In this document: one piece after another, positions 1-12,800 of the stretch | Position numbering within the stretch: the stretch's first letter is position 1 | Layout of the letters: each line of letters opens with the position of its first letter | From: Bugula neritina | Lineage: Eukaryota > Animalia > Bryozoa | DNA length: 64,000 nucleotides | Assembly (NCBI GenBank): GCA_964035545.1 | Contig: OZ037772.1 | Location: 4,468,233-4,532,232 of the forward strand | Direction of reading: 5' to 3' | Position numbers and translations under genes: made by a program | Notes under the pieces: generated by a model | Database searches by the model: none | Told to the model about the DNA's origin: nothing | The model's input: the letters and a program-made list of their open reading frames with translations, nothing else

Positions 1-761
1 TATTAGACACATGGATGTAGAAGTAAACTTAGATTATAGAGTGTAGTGTGGATAAATATTATATGATTTAAAATAAAAAGTTACAGATATACATTTACTG
101 TAACTATTGGAAAACAAGAAAACAGTTCAAAAAGCTGTTCACAAACTGCTAGAAATTGTTATTTTCTGTTCTCTTCGGTAGCAGTTGCTCACTGCTCGCT
201 ACAGATTCCAGGTCGTTGAAGACGATGTGGGTTGTAACTGTGATCCCATTATCTCAATCAAATTCTTTCTAGGACATTTACAATATATTTTTATAATCAT
301 GTACTTTTTTGTATATAATACTGTTTTTTATGGTTTTATTTCCATTACTGATACTTCCCTACCTTTGTTGGAGTTATCAGAAAGTGGACTTTCTGCTGGA
401 GAGGGGGTGATAGTTGGTGAAAGTATACCCCCCAGTACCTCATGCTAAACATAACTATATACCTATAGATTATAGTGCCACGCATATCTATTTTGAACTT
501 CGCTATAACTCCGCAATGACACCGCCGGAACCCTGTCTCACCCAATAAGGATATACTCTGTGTATATATAAACGATGCCTTCAGGCGCCCAGCCCAGTCT
601 TGACATTAGTAACTAGACAATCTAGGTTAACTATGTTGTAAATCATGCGTATATATTTTGCTTTACTAAATATAGTGGTGGATTTTGGAGGTTGCTTTTT
701 ATATGTTATATTCAGTCTTGTGTGCTTCATTCAGTCTCGTACAGAGTGTGAGAAATAATTT

Positions 762-834
762 TGCTCCCACTGGGAATCGAACCCGAGTCCTTTGGCTTGC
801 AAGCAAGTGTGCTAACCATTACACCACGGAGGCC
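762..834 (-). mobile_element. tRNA-derived SINE head or tRNA pseudogene (anticodon loop reads CT-TGC-AA, Ala-like)
   Basis: The reverse complement has an A box (TGGTGTAATGG) and a B box (GGTTCGATTCC), but the acceptor and anticodon stems pair poorly. Related copies lie at ~993-1083 and ~34947-35020. Confidence 0.7.
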
Positions 835-992
835 ACTGGGTAAACTCAACACTACATCCCACCCAGTTCTCTGAACTCCACTGGCCTATTCACTACTCCT
901 TCAGTATTCAGGCTCCCTTGGCCACCCAACTCTCTCAGTGTAGGTATATACTTCACTAAAGGCCGAAATGGCTTGAAAAATAATTTTTCCTT

Positions 993-1083
993 TATTGGGA
1001 ATTGAACCCGAGTCCTTTGGCTAGCAAGCAAGTGTGCTAATATTACACCACGGGGGGGGGGGGACTGGGTAAACTCAACACTA
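993..1083 (-). mobile_element. degenerate second copy of the tRNA-derived element
   Basis: Shares GAACCCGAGTCCTTTGGCT.GCAAGCAAGTGTGCTAA and the flanking CTGGGTAAACTCAACACTA with 762-853. Confidence 0.65.
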
Positions 1084-1903
1084 TACTATATGTAATACTT
1101 TATGATTGTGTTCGTTTTTCGTTTATATTGTGATTTGTTCTATGGTATGTGATGATTTATAATACAGTTCTTCATCAAAGGATCAGCTAGTTCGGTTACT
1201 TCCATAACCTCTCAAGAAGATATGCAGTAAACACCAGCGCACAATAATACACTAATCAGTAGTGCACAAAACTACAACAATATTGTATCAATTGTTTTCC
1301 CAGTTGTACTAAGAGGGTTTACAAATCTTGTATATCGTTTGATAAGTTGAATTTCAACATGACAATGTGAATAATTATAACTCAGGAAACCTGAAGCATG
1401 GTCCAGAATTACCTCAAAAATAATATAATCTATGAATCATCATAACATAAGTGCAGCTCAGAAAAGCTATTCTCTGGTACTTGCTTTATTCTCCAGTAAT
1501 CCAACATTACCATTGCTTGAACAAAAAATAATTTACATTTCAGCAGTGACATAGACTTCAAGCAAATGATGACAATGTTCATATATATTCTGATTATTAT
1601 TGTTCCTATGGTAACCAGAAGAACCTCAATATACATTAGATCATTCTATAGTATAGATTTATTAAGAGAACAACTCCCAAATAACAGAAATATATACATA
1701 ACTTTATATTGCTGTACATGCAGAGCAACAAGAAATAAGAATGCCTGAAGTCTGTTGTATGTATCGACTAGTAACTACTGAATTAAAAATAGAGCTCAAT
1801 GGAGAAAAGTAAGAATTAAAAATCTTATAATTATTATTATACAATATCTCAAACATTATATATAAAAATAAATGAGATTAGAATAAAACAAGCCTATCCG
1901 AGA

Positions 1904-2245
1904 TTAGTCATCGAAGCTGGGAATATCTGTGTAACTATAACCATCATACCTTCTGTAGGCACACCATGCAAGGTAAGTATGGTAGGAGCCTGGTAGGAAC
2001 GCAATCACACCCAATACTAACACCGGTATAGTCCTATCAGCGTATTCTGCAGGTATTATTGTTCCAGTAACCAACAAAGAGCCCACCACTAGCAGTACTG
2101 TACCAACTGTAAACAAGGCTATGGCTAGCAAAATAGATTTACACGGAACCTTTTCCTTACTACGCGACGACATACTATATTGAGCAGTTCTAAAGTCATG
2201 TCGCTCTCTGCTCCTCCCTCTCAGACGGACATCTTCAGAGGACAT
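1904..2245 (-). CDS. TMEM230: Transmembrane protein 230 homolog (113 aa, single coding exon)
   Basis: The translation KVPCKSILLAIALFTVG...ADRTIPVLVLGVIAFLPGSYH...GYSYTDIPSFDD matches the TMEM230 pattern: two TM helices, an LPG.YH motif and a GYSY.DIP.FDD C-terminus. The ATG at 2245 follows a CAG acceptor; the ORF-track start at 2314 is an alternative. Confidence 0.9.
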   Translation of the reverse strand: MSSEDVRLRGRSRERHDFRTAQYSMSSRSKEKVPCKSILLAIALFTVGTVLLVVGSLLVTGTIIPAEYADRTIPVLVLGVIAFLPGSYHTYLAWCAYRRYDGYSYTDIPSFDD

Positions 2246-4713
2246 CCTGCTGCAATGTTTAGTAGAATAGAGTAAATATTTGTTATTCACCGTAGATTTA
2301 AACATTGAAGACATTGCTTAACCAAATTATTTTAGAATAAATTGACACCTGTTAATCCTACTTAGCATAAACAATTTATATAAACAGTTCGAGTTAATCA
2401 AAAGTGTCACTGTGAGAACTCAACAAATGATAAATATCCAACAAAAGCAACTCAGGAAAGCTCATTATTAGGTGTTACTACACTGTTTTAATTTTTATGA
2501 ATTTAGTCACCTACAACTTGACGACTTTAGAATTATTAGCATCAGATTAAAACTCATAGCAGTAGTTAAGTGAACAGTACTGATAGTTTATAACTAAAAT
2601 TAATTTGAATTTCAAAAAATTAATCTCAAATGAGTAACTGTTTTACGGTTATAAGCTCACCAGAGGCTTGCTCCAATTGCTTAAGCAAATGTAATAAATA
2701 TGATTATAAAAAGAAAAAACCATCACTATGAGTGATCATTATCATTATGAGTCTTACTATTAGATTGGTTACTTTGGTTAATAAATAGGATAGTAAAAGT
2801 ATATTCACAATGACAATGAAAAGCACTTCAGAAAAGGCAAAGCCAAGGTTCAACAGGAACAAATTAATGTAAAATTGAAAATGAGATTATCAATTATTAG
2901 TTTTAACAAAGTCACCAGTTGAAAGTCAGAGTCATAGTAATTGAAAACAGTAATAATAACAATAATAAGTCAACTTTTAAAGACTAGAACTAGAAGTAGA
3001 TAATCATAATTCTTAAAGTTAATAGATAAGGTTGGTACTGATGGTGATAGATTAGTGAGTACTACTATTACTATCACAGCATTACTAATTACTATTAATA
3101 TTAGTATTACTATTAGTATTGGTGCTCAAGAAGTGATGATCTCTAAGACTAAGTTTATCATAATCATTATGATTATCATAGGGTCAGTTATTAACTTGAA
3201 GTGAATCACTATCAGAATGTCATAATTAATACCAATATGAATATCAATAGGAATATCAACTGGATAACTGTTCAATTGAAAGTGAAAATCAATATGATAA
3301 AACTAAGTTTACTCACTAACTCTAACTCTTATTCTAAGAGTAAGTTGTAAACTGAAAGTAAAACTCAAACTGTAGTAAGTCCCAGCTTTTACTTTTTAGT
3401 AATAATTAAAAACTAAAAAGAAAAAAGGCAAAACGAAATGATAGCTATCAATATCATTATCAATTATCATCATTGCCACATAATCATAATGATAATATTT
3501 CAATTCTACATACGCTGTAAATATATTTATATGTTTATGGCTATTGCATAGTATTAGCATCCTAATATTAATAATATACAACATATTAATATTTGTCCAT
3601 TTCGGTTCATTGCTATCAACATTATTTTTTAATTTTAGTAGTGATTTACAAACTGAAACTCAGTGGGATATATAATTATATATCATATTAACCACTCTGT
3701 GCAAACTGAAACTTTTAAAAGCAAAGTACTGCGAATCGCCTAATTTTTCAAGACTGTGATCTGTCACCTTATATATATCTGCTAAACTTGTTCATTAGTC
3801 TTAACGTATCAACCCGCAGAGTAATAATTTATGGTTCGTTTTGTTGCATTCAACTTGAAATAGCACAAAGTTGGTAGTCACTAGGTTAGTGGTTCATCGC
3901 ATCTTGAGAACGCTGCACCCACTGACTCCAAAATTGGTACAGCTTCTAGCGATTCTTCAAATCGCTATACGTTCACTTCTCTCTGATATGAAAGTATAGA
4001 AAATCGCTTTATTCGAAACGACGTGGTTGCTTTTTAATTGTATGTGTGTCTTGGCTCTTGCGTCAGCTTTATCATTTTCTGTATGCTTATAAGTTGAAGT
4101 ATTTCTAAATATTATTATAATTGTAGTACCAGTGTCAGTGTGTATTATACTATGCGTCAATCTTAATATAGTAAGTTATAGTGTTAATATAATTTTTCAT
4201 TCATTATTAATAATATTATTAATAATAATTATAATATCAATATGAATATGAATCAATCAATTATAATTATTGAATAAGTAAAACATGATATTGATATTCA
4301 TACTGATTATGATCAAGATTATCATTATGATTATGATTATCACTGATAAGCGATAAATGATAATAATAATCATTATGATTATGGTTTTATCACTTTTCAT
4401 TAACTTTAAGTGATTATCATTATCGTTATGAATATTGTAATGGATTTTAACGCTCTAGTAATTATATCGCGTCACTATTATAATGGACTTAGCGTAACTT
4501 TGTAAATACTGTAAATGCTGTAATTATAGCTAAGCTCCTTGCGTAGCTTTCTAATGCCTCAAATATTGTAATTATAGCTAAGCTCTTAGTGTAGTAAATA
4601 GCGTAATGATTGTGAATTGCCCTTTCTATTATTTTTGTTTGTTTACTGTAATAGTTTTTGTGAGTTGTATTCCCTGCCACTTTTCTTTTTGTTTTATAAA
4701 TAATTAACTATGT

Positions 4714-4823
4714 GAGCCGAAGCTCGTCCGAAGTCGGAACCGATGTCGGAGGAGCCTGTCCGAGATCGGACCGGATATTTCCGACATCGGTCGCCGGAAC
4801 TCCGAACTTCGTACGAACTTCGG
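4714..4823. repeat. GC-rich imperfect palindrome, probable MITE remnant
   Basis: Nested inverted arms CCGAAGCTCGTCCGAAGT/ACTTCGTACGAACTTCGG and ACCGATGTCGGA/TCCGACATCGGT in otherwise very AT-rich DNA. Confidence 0.55.
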
Positions 4824-5454
4824 ACCCCTCTGTATATAAGCGTGAGTTTTTCTAGTATGAATCAGTCTAACACTGGAGCTCACAGAGGAAACATCAATAA
4901 AGACTATTAGAATCAATATTTTACAAAGACTTTATTTCTATCACAATAACTGGCATGCAGACTACTAGTCTATTCTTATAATCCACAAAATCACAACAAT
5001 ATGATTTATGAATTTCATAAATCAAAATGATAGGCGATGAACCTAAATAAAATGATATAAATAAAATTAAATATTATTATAAAATAAAAATATAAATATT
5101 TATAATGAATATTTCATTTTGTAATAATTATATTTATTATTTTTTAATTTATGTTAACTCACCTTCAATTAGTTATACTCAAGTTATAGTTTTTTATATT
5201 CCTAGTGATAGTGATAGTCTCAGCCCTTACGGCTTACAGTTACTGATTGGGATAGACTTTCTACAGCTACTATGTCTACCTGTACTTGGGTACTCCTACT
5301 AATATTGATAGTCATGTTGATAGTCCTCTTACCCCTTACACGCATTAGAGCATGTAGCAAGAGGGACGCCTCTACAGTTGCCGATCACAGGCTAGCAAGT
5401 ATTTTCAGTATGTTGCACATATACAACTCTGGTGTATTGACTAATTTTTTAGCA

Positions 5455-5836
5455 TAGACTTAAGCTCCCGGACTGTTTTTGGAAAGAAGCTGCTGTAGTA
5501 GACTGCTGATTTTGCAAAAATGGTTGGGGGATCGCCCATGCTTGGTGCCTTAGTAAACCTAGTATTTTAGGTTTTACTGTTCATCAGTTCATATGAGTTG
5601 GTTAGAGATGCATGATTTCCCTCATTAGATAGAAGTCGTTACAGTAACTTGTGCCTCAGCTTGAAGCGTCTGTCGGGGAGAGTTTCTAGGTTTAATTTGT
5701 CACGTGCCACAGTGATACTGTCTCTGCCTTTCAATTTAGCAATGAATCTGATTGCATTATTTTGCACCTGTTCTATATCTTTGATGAGGTATTGCGAACG
5801 GGGATCTCAAATTGCTGCTGCACCTTCTAGTTGTGG
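5455..5836 (-). mobile_element. 3' fragment of a non-LTR retrotransposon ORF2 (CR1/L2-like), decayed
   Basis: The minus strand, with stops and frameshifts, gives PQLEGAAAI*DP / YLIKDIEQVQNNAIRFIAKL...LNLETLPDRRFKLR / YYSSFFPKTVRELK. These resemble the LEYxxxxWxP, LExVQxxAxR and SFFPRT motifs C-terminal to the RT domain. Confidence 0.75.
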
Positions 5837-6800
5837 CTCACTCATACTCACACTCATGTCGATAATTCATTTAGTTTACCTTATTATTTTAGTTTCAATA
5901 AATACAATTATAATAATTATATTTATAATAATATTAACTATAATATTTAATTCTATACCATGATTTGATAATTATTATTGTAATCTAAAAATCAAATATG
6001 CCTATTAATATTAATTTGATAGTTATGATAATAAAAGTGTGAATTTAAATTACTTTTAGTGTTCATTCAATGATTTAGGTTTTTGTCATTAAAAATAAAT
6101 GGTTAATTATCGTAATTGATAATTTAAAGTTGAGATAATCATAATGGTAGACATAATGATCACCTAAAGTAAAAGGTAAACCATTATCATGTTCATAATG
6201 ACTACATAAAGTTGAATATTGTTATGATAGTAAGTTATACTTGTATAATTAAATAAAAGTAATATTATTTAATTTTACATTTCAAGCTGCAATTACAAAG
6301 TTTGACCTTTGATGGTGAAAAGCAATCATCATCATCATTCTGATCACTTGCAATCTATTCATATTACTAATTAATCATTAAGCATAACCGTCAGTCATCA
6401 GACTGAGTCATTTATGGTTGACCTTGTGATTAACATTGGCACTTCGATTTTAGCAGAATCTTTCAAATGACAATATGATTATCATTATATGATAGTCACA
6501 AAGTTGAAATGCAGTATCGTTTGTCTGAAAATTTCGTGATTTTTCATTAGAATCAGAGATGAGATGTCTGTTCGTGAAAAGTCACAGTCTTTCATTATTG
6601 AACTGTATGGTTTATAGGAGTTTTATCACTGAACTCCCACGCATAACTAAGGCAATACTGAGCCATTAGTTTATATTATTAGTATTAAGATATCTGTCTA
6701 TAACGACACTGGGTCAGTAGTTTGTATGTTTAGTATTGAGATATCTATTAGTTCCATGCCGGCTGATTGTGTTTTAAGGGAAGTCTCACAATAAAAGAAC

Positions 6801-9800
6801 ATGTCGGAAGTGAACTCTGGTGATGCGCCAACTGGCGAGGTCAAGGTGAAATCTGAGAAAGAGTTGAAGAAAGAAGCTGCTAAAGCTGCTAAACTAGCCA
6901 AGTTTCAAGCTAAGCAGGCTAAACAGAAGGCAGAGTCTGCCACGACTACTGAGGTTTCTGTTTAGTTAGTTACAAGTAATATATATACTAAGGTAGGTGC
7001 AGTAATGGAAAAATTGAGAAAAGCCTGTGTTATAGATTAGAAATGTAGCATAAGAAGTTATGTTCTTGTGAGAATTTCAAGCCGCACCCCAAACCAAAAT
7101 TTGATAATAAGATTGGAGAACCTAGGCTATCTCGATTTCTACACTACTGCTCCTAAATGTATATATTTTTGTTACTTTCTATTCAGATTTATGGTTGTAC
7201 TTCTACATGAAAGTGTTACTTGAATCACATATTCGTATTGCGACTGTATGTCTGTGCTTTTACCTGGAAGTTGTCTGTGTCCGCAGCTAACAATTTCCAT
7301 TTTATTTTCTTCAAATTTGATATTGTTTTTCTTTTCTAGAAAAAAGTGAAAGAGAAGAAGGAAAAGGCTGTAGTAACGTATAACGTGGACACACCAGCTG
7401 GCCATAAGAAAGGTTCAGTTCAATTTTTCTACTCAATTAAGCTCTTCATTCTTTTACTTAATGTTTTAGTTGAAGCACTGATTTATCAGTGTACACTGCT
7501 CGGTAGTGGACACACAGTTATGTGTGTGTAAGCAGTTTAAACTGAAGTTGCGTTTCTATCTTTACTAAAAGGAGTTCAGTGTTTCCCGCCCCTCTATAGT
7601 CTTACTTAAAGTTGTTGATATCATATTGATAAGGAAGCTCACTCTGTAATACTCAAATATAACTCGCTTAATCACTATTTGATGCCTTTTGAAAATGTAA
7701 TAAATTGAGTTGACAACATAAAAGTGATAATTAAAAAAGACAGCCGATGTAATTATAAACATGAATACCCCGTATCTATAAGGAGTTATCATTTCCTTTG
7801 ATTGTTATTCTAAAATTATTCGATTAAGCATTCACAAAGCAAAAATTTTGATGATTGGCTTTTACAATGAAATGCAACTCATCAAAATTGAATTTCTGAC
7901 TGAAAATCGTGAAGGTATAAACACTGCTTTAGACTGAAGTAACAAGACATGGTATTCCAATATCCTACATTTAGGGCTGCCCTACTCATACATTGGATAG
8001 CCTCAGATTCAAATACTCCTAACAGTCTGCTGTGTATAAGTTATATAAGTTGTAGTAGTAGTGTCAGGCCACAGTCTTATTTATTCGTCCTGGTTGGTGG
8101 TTAGACTATGGGCTATGAATAGATTATTGTATTTATACATGTATTTATCATATTTGAACTGTATGGACCAGTAGAAGACAAGTCTCAACTTAGTATATCT
8201 AGATATCAGTGTATAGTCACCATCCTTGTGAGAGACTCCTGGTGGAAAGGATTTTTGTTAAAACGGGCTAAGGACTTTTTTAGATGTGGCACAGGAGCAA
8301 TTATGACTGAATGCTCTTCCTAACATCACAATGGCCTTTGTCAAACAATGACTTCGTGTTCACTAGACAAACGCTCTAACCCCTAGACCACAGCTAGTCC
8401 CCTATACTTTATAGTTTTCTGTTATTCTAGACACGACGTGTCCCATGCCTGATTCTTACTCCCCGTCCTATGTGGAAGCTGCCTGGTACTCTTGGTGGGA
8501 GAAGGAAGGATTCTTCAAACCTGAGTATAATCTCAAAGGTACACTTCTCATCCTAGTAAAGTCTATAATGTGTGATTAGTTACTTTTAACACGCAGAGGT
8601 GTGATTTGTTACTCTGTTGTAACAGGTAGTGTGATTGGTTGCTTTTTACTTTATAACCGAGGAAGATGTGATTGGTTGTTTTATAACGTGTAGATATGTG
8701 ATTGGTTGCTTTGTAACAGGTAGAGATGTGATTGGTTGCTTTATAACGGGTAGAGATGTGATTGGTTGCTTTGTAACAGGTAGAGATGTGATTGGTTGCT
8801 TTATAACGGGTAGAGATGTGATTGGTTGCTTTGTAACAGGTAGAGATGTGCTGAAACTCACACCTGAAGAGAAGTTTATCATCATGATCCCTCCCCCTAA
8901 TGTGACCGGGACTCTTCACCTAGGACACGCCCTCACGGGGGCGGTTGAGGATGCGATAGTTCGGTGGTGAGATGTTCATTCATATAGATGAGACAACTCC
9001 GTACTTACCTAGTTACTAAACTGGTGGTGTATGTAGCTTATAGCATGTAACAGTAGACACCATTCCTCTGGTGGTGACTACATGACATTTCGGCATCTTG
9101 CCAAGTCACTTTGACATATTCCACAGACAGGCTATGAACATCCCCCTGTTAATTCTTGTTGTGTTAAGTACCTGTAGGCATAAGTCATTCATTGATTATA
9201 TTGAATGCTGTTTCAACCACAGATATTTCTCTCAGCACCTGTCCAGGATATCTGCAGGTGTCTGATATGCTTGCGTTGTCAGGTGTCTGCAGGTGTCTGA
9301 TGTGCTTGCGTTGTCAGGTGTCTGCAGGTGTCTGATATGCTTGCATTGTTAGCTGTCTGCAGGTGTCAATTCTGTTGTATTGTCAGGCACCGGATGAATG
9401 GGAAGGTGACACTGTTTGTACCCGGATGTGATCACGCAGGAATAGCCACTCAAGTGGTCGTCGAGAAAAAACTCGCTAGAGAAGAGAATAAAACTCGACA
9501 CGATTTGGGACGAGATGAGTTTGTGAGACGAGTGTGGGACTGGAAGAACCAGTAAGGGAATATTTTATCTTGAAAATGCATTTCATAGCGACTTAGTATT
9601 CAGGTTTGAGTTTTTATTTTATTTTATTGGTGTGCAGTTGCTACAGTTTGATATAAGATAATATAATAGCGCTAATATGATAAAATTCTTATATATAATT
9701 AAATATACAAAAAGTTAAATATAGGTTTACTTCATCACACTCTATCATTGGACTCATTATTTAAGTTGCTAATATAACTAAGTTTTGCAGCACAACGATT

Positions 9801-12800
9801 GGTCAGTGTTATTATATAATTTCTATAGAAAAGGAGACAGAATCTACCATCAGTTGAGGAAAGTGGGCGGGTCTTATGACTGGGACAGAACTACGTTTAC
9901 TATGGATGAGGTGAGGAGTTATCCTCTCTATACATATATTATGTTTGAGTAGTGGCGTCTATATGCCGTGTCGGCTGTTTACTGACTCAGTGTGTTATCC
10001 TCTCTATGATTGGTTAATCATATGGCCTTGTTTCCAATCAGTTCACACTTGACACATGACTCATATATACTTTTTTATTAGAAATCTGTGAAAGCGGTGA
10101 ACGAAGCGTTTATCAGAATGCACGAGAAAGGTGTGATCTACAGAGCTAACCGACTCGTCAACTGGTCCTGTACTCTCAACTCTGCCATCTCTGATATTGA
10201 GGTATATCGTACAGTATCAGTCTAACTTCCGGCTGTGTGTACGTCAACTGTTTATTCACTGCGAGACTTGTGTGTTGGTGGTAACTAACCTAATAGTAGT
10301 ATTCAGACACAGCCTGATATATTACATTATGACTATCTTCGAATGAATACGAATGGATCTGCGGTTGTGGTTTAGTTCGATTGACTTGCTCCCAAACATC
10401 CAATAAAAATGTATTGTGATGTGAAGCAATCACTATGTTTCTAAGCTTTTGTGTTATGTGAAAGGATTTCTCATTCAATGTTTGGGAACAGTTACATCAA
10501 TGAGACCACAGCCACAAATTCATTCGTACGAGCATCCATTTCTTTCACACAATGTGAACTAGTGGAAAAGAATGAGAACGCAGTGACTCGGAGGCGCACA
10601 CTACAGTTTAACCTTTGACCTGAATAGTCTGAGAGAGTTGTATCACTGATTGCAGGTAGACAAAGTAGAGTTGACAGGAAGGACTATGCTCTCTGTGCCG
10701 GGCTACAAGGAGAAGGTGGAGTTCGGAGTTCTTGTTTCCTTTGCATATAAAGTAGAAGACTCTGACGAAGAGATCATTGTGGCCACAACTAGATTAGAAA
10801 CTATGTTGGGTTAGCAGACATCAATGTCACTAATAGCTTTGTTGCTTAGCAACGTAATTATGGCTGACTTTTGCTGCCAGTTGAAATAACTCCAGTAGAT
10901 CTCTCTAACTATTCTCACTTTCTCACTTAGGAGCAGTAGTGGAGAACTTGAGATAGCCTAAGTTCTTTAATTTTATTATTGCATTTTAGTTTAAGGTGCG
11001 GGTAGAAGTTTTCAAAGTCTGCTATTAGGTACGATCTATGACGCTACATTGGACATGTATATCCAATGAATTAACGCAAAAGTTTTTCTGTCCAATAGGA
11101 GTCCGCCGCAACTTATTTGAATCAAGCAGTGCTTGATCCTACCGTACCGCAACACCGTACAGGAAGCTCAGACATTTGTAAAAATGGCTGATATTTGCTG
11201 TTACGGCGTACGATACGGTAAGTGTGAATAGGGGGTTAGTGGTTAATTAGCCTAGGACCACACTGTGCGTATTTTCGCATGCGAAAATTAAAATCACAAG
11301 TACCAAAGGTGTCCACTGTAGCGTCAGTGATGCGTGATAAATAAAGCTTTCATTTTTAAATCGCACTCGCTTTCAATTAAACGCAATTTACTGGAATGTA
11401 GCACTAAATAAAGAAATTGGGCTCGCTGAATAACTACCAGCCAATTAGGTGACGACGACAGAGACGATTCGCACTTGCGTTGAAAATGCAGAGCGACAAG
11501 TGTGAATGTTTTCTCAACGCGCACAGTAGGCACCTTTGCTACTTGTGATTTCAATTTTCGCATGCGAAAATACGCACCGTGTGGCCCTAGGCTTAGCTTG
11601 GTACTAACTTACTGAGAGTTGTGTACTGTGAGTAGAGTAACTGTAAAGTTAGATCTGGTAAACACTTGGTAAATATTTAATTGTATATCAATACTCAATA
11701 CTGTGAGAGACTATAAAGTCTGGTAACTATTGTAGGTGACACTGCCGTGGCTGTTCACCCTGAAGATGGCCGATACAAACACTTACACGGGAAATTCGTG
11801 AGACATCCTTTCGCTGACAGGAGAATACCTATTGTGGCTGACGACTTTGTGGAGATGGAGTTTGGGACAGGTGCTCTGTTTCCTGTATATTCATAGCCTG
11901 TTGTCCTGTATATTCATAGCCCGTTGTCCTGTATATTCGTAGCCTGTTGTCTTGTATATTCGTAGCCTGTTGTCCTGTATATTCATAGCCTGTTGTCCTG
12001 TATATTCATAGCCTGTTGTCCTGTATATTCATAGCCTGTTGTCCTGTATATTCATAGCCTGTTGTCCTGTATATTTATAGCCTGTTGTCCTGTATATTCA
12101 TAGCCTGTTGCCCTGTATATTCATAGCCCGTTGTCCTGTATATTCATAACCTGCTGTTCTGTATATTCATAGCCTGTTTTCCTGTATATTCATAGCCTGT
12201 TCTGTATATTCATAGCCTGTTGTCCTGTATATTCATAGCCTTCAAAGACAATTAACTATCATTTCATTTAATTTGTTTCATTTAGGGCAATGCTCCCTCC
12301 ATATCTTATGTTTCTAGTTCTCACGAAATACCGCAGGTCATGAGAATGGCTTGGTCCTTTGTTTTGTGGCTTGTGTTATGTGTATTGGGACAAATTAGTT
12401 TAATTTAACAGATCCGTGTGTTAAATATGGTATTCTACTATGGTAAGATTTCTACTATGTCATGAATTGAGGTGTCAGGTCCCTCAGCTTACTGAGATAC
12501 GGAGGGAGAACTAAATTGGAGTCTATTCGTATAGCAACGAGTACTGTTTGTAATATTCATAGCCTCAGAGCTTCTCACTTCCCATCTAATTGTTGATAGG
12601 GGCGGTGAAGATAACCCCCTCACATGATCCCAAGGATTACGACGTTGGCCTCAGACACAAACTCCCCTTCCTCACAATCATTGACGATGACGGGTTAATA
12701 TGTGGAGACTCCGGCGAGTTTGTGGGAATGAAAAGGTGTGTGAATCTAGTATTCTGTGTTTCTGACAATGAGGTGGCATAACTCGTAATAGTGTAACATA

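Noticed and set aside
762-834. Functional tRNA-Ala gene
   Set aside because: The acceptor and anticodon stems do not pair properly and diverged copies are dispersed; called SINE/pseudogene instead.
955-985. Possible second hammerhead (CTAAAGGCCGAAATGGCTTGAAA)
   Set aside because: The CUGANGA core is absent and there is no stem I or stem III.
150-1750. Exon-like fragments at the left edge (e.g. minus 363-445 and ending at 269; plus 1168-1226 and 1543-1610)
   Set aside because: Plausible splice signals exist on both strands, but no consistent, recognisable protein could be assembled. A gene end may still be present.
1904-2245. TMEM230 as a processed retrocopy
   Set aside because: The CDS lacks introns but is intact, is preceded by an acceptor-like CAG, and shows no poly(A) tail or TSD.
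11324-11563. Near-identical ORFs [11 protein letters not shown]... here and at 40241-40552
   Set aside because: Chance ORFs within two copies of the same MITE; no transposase motifs.
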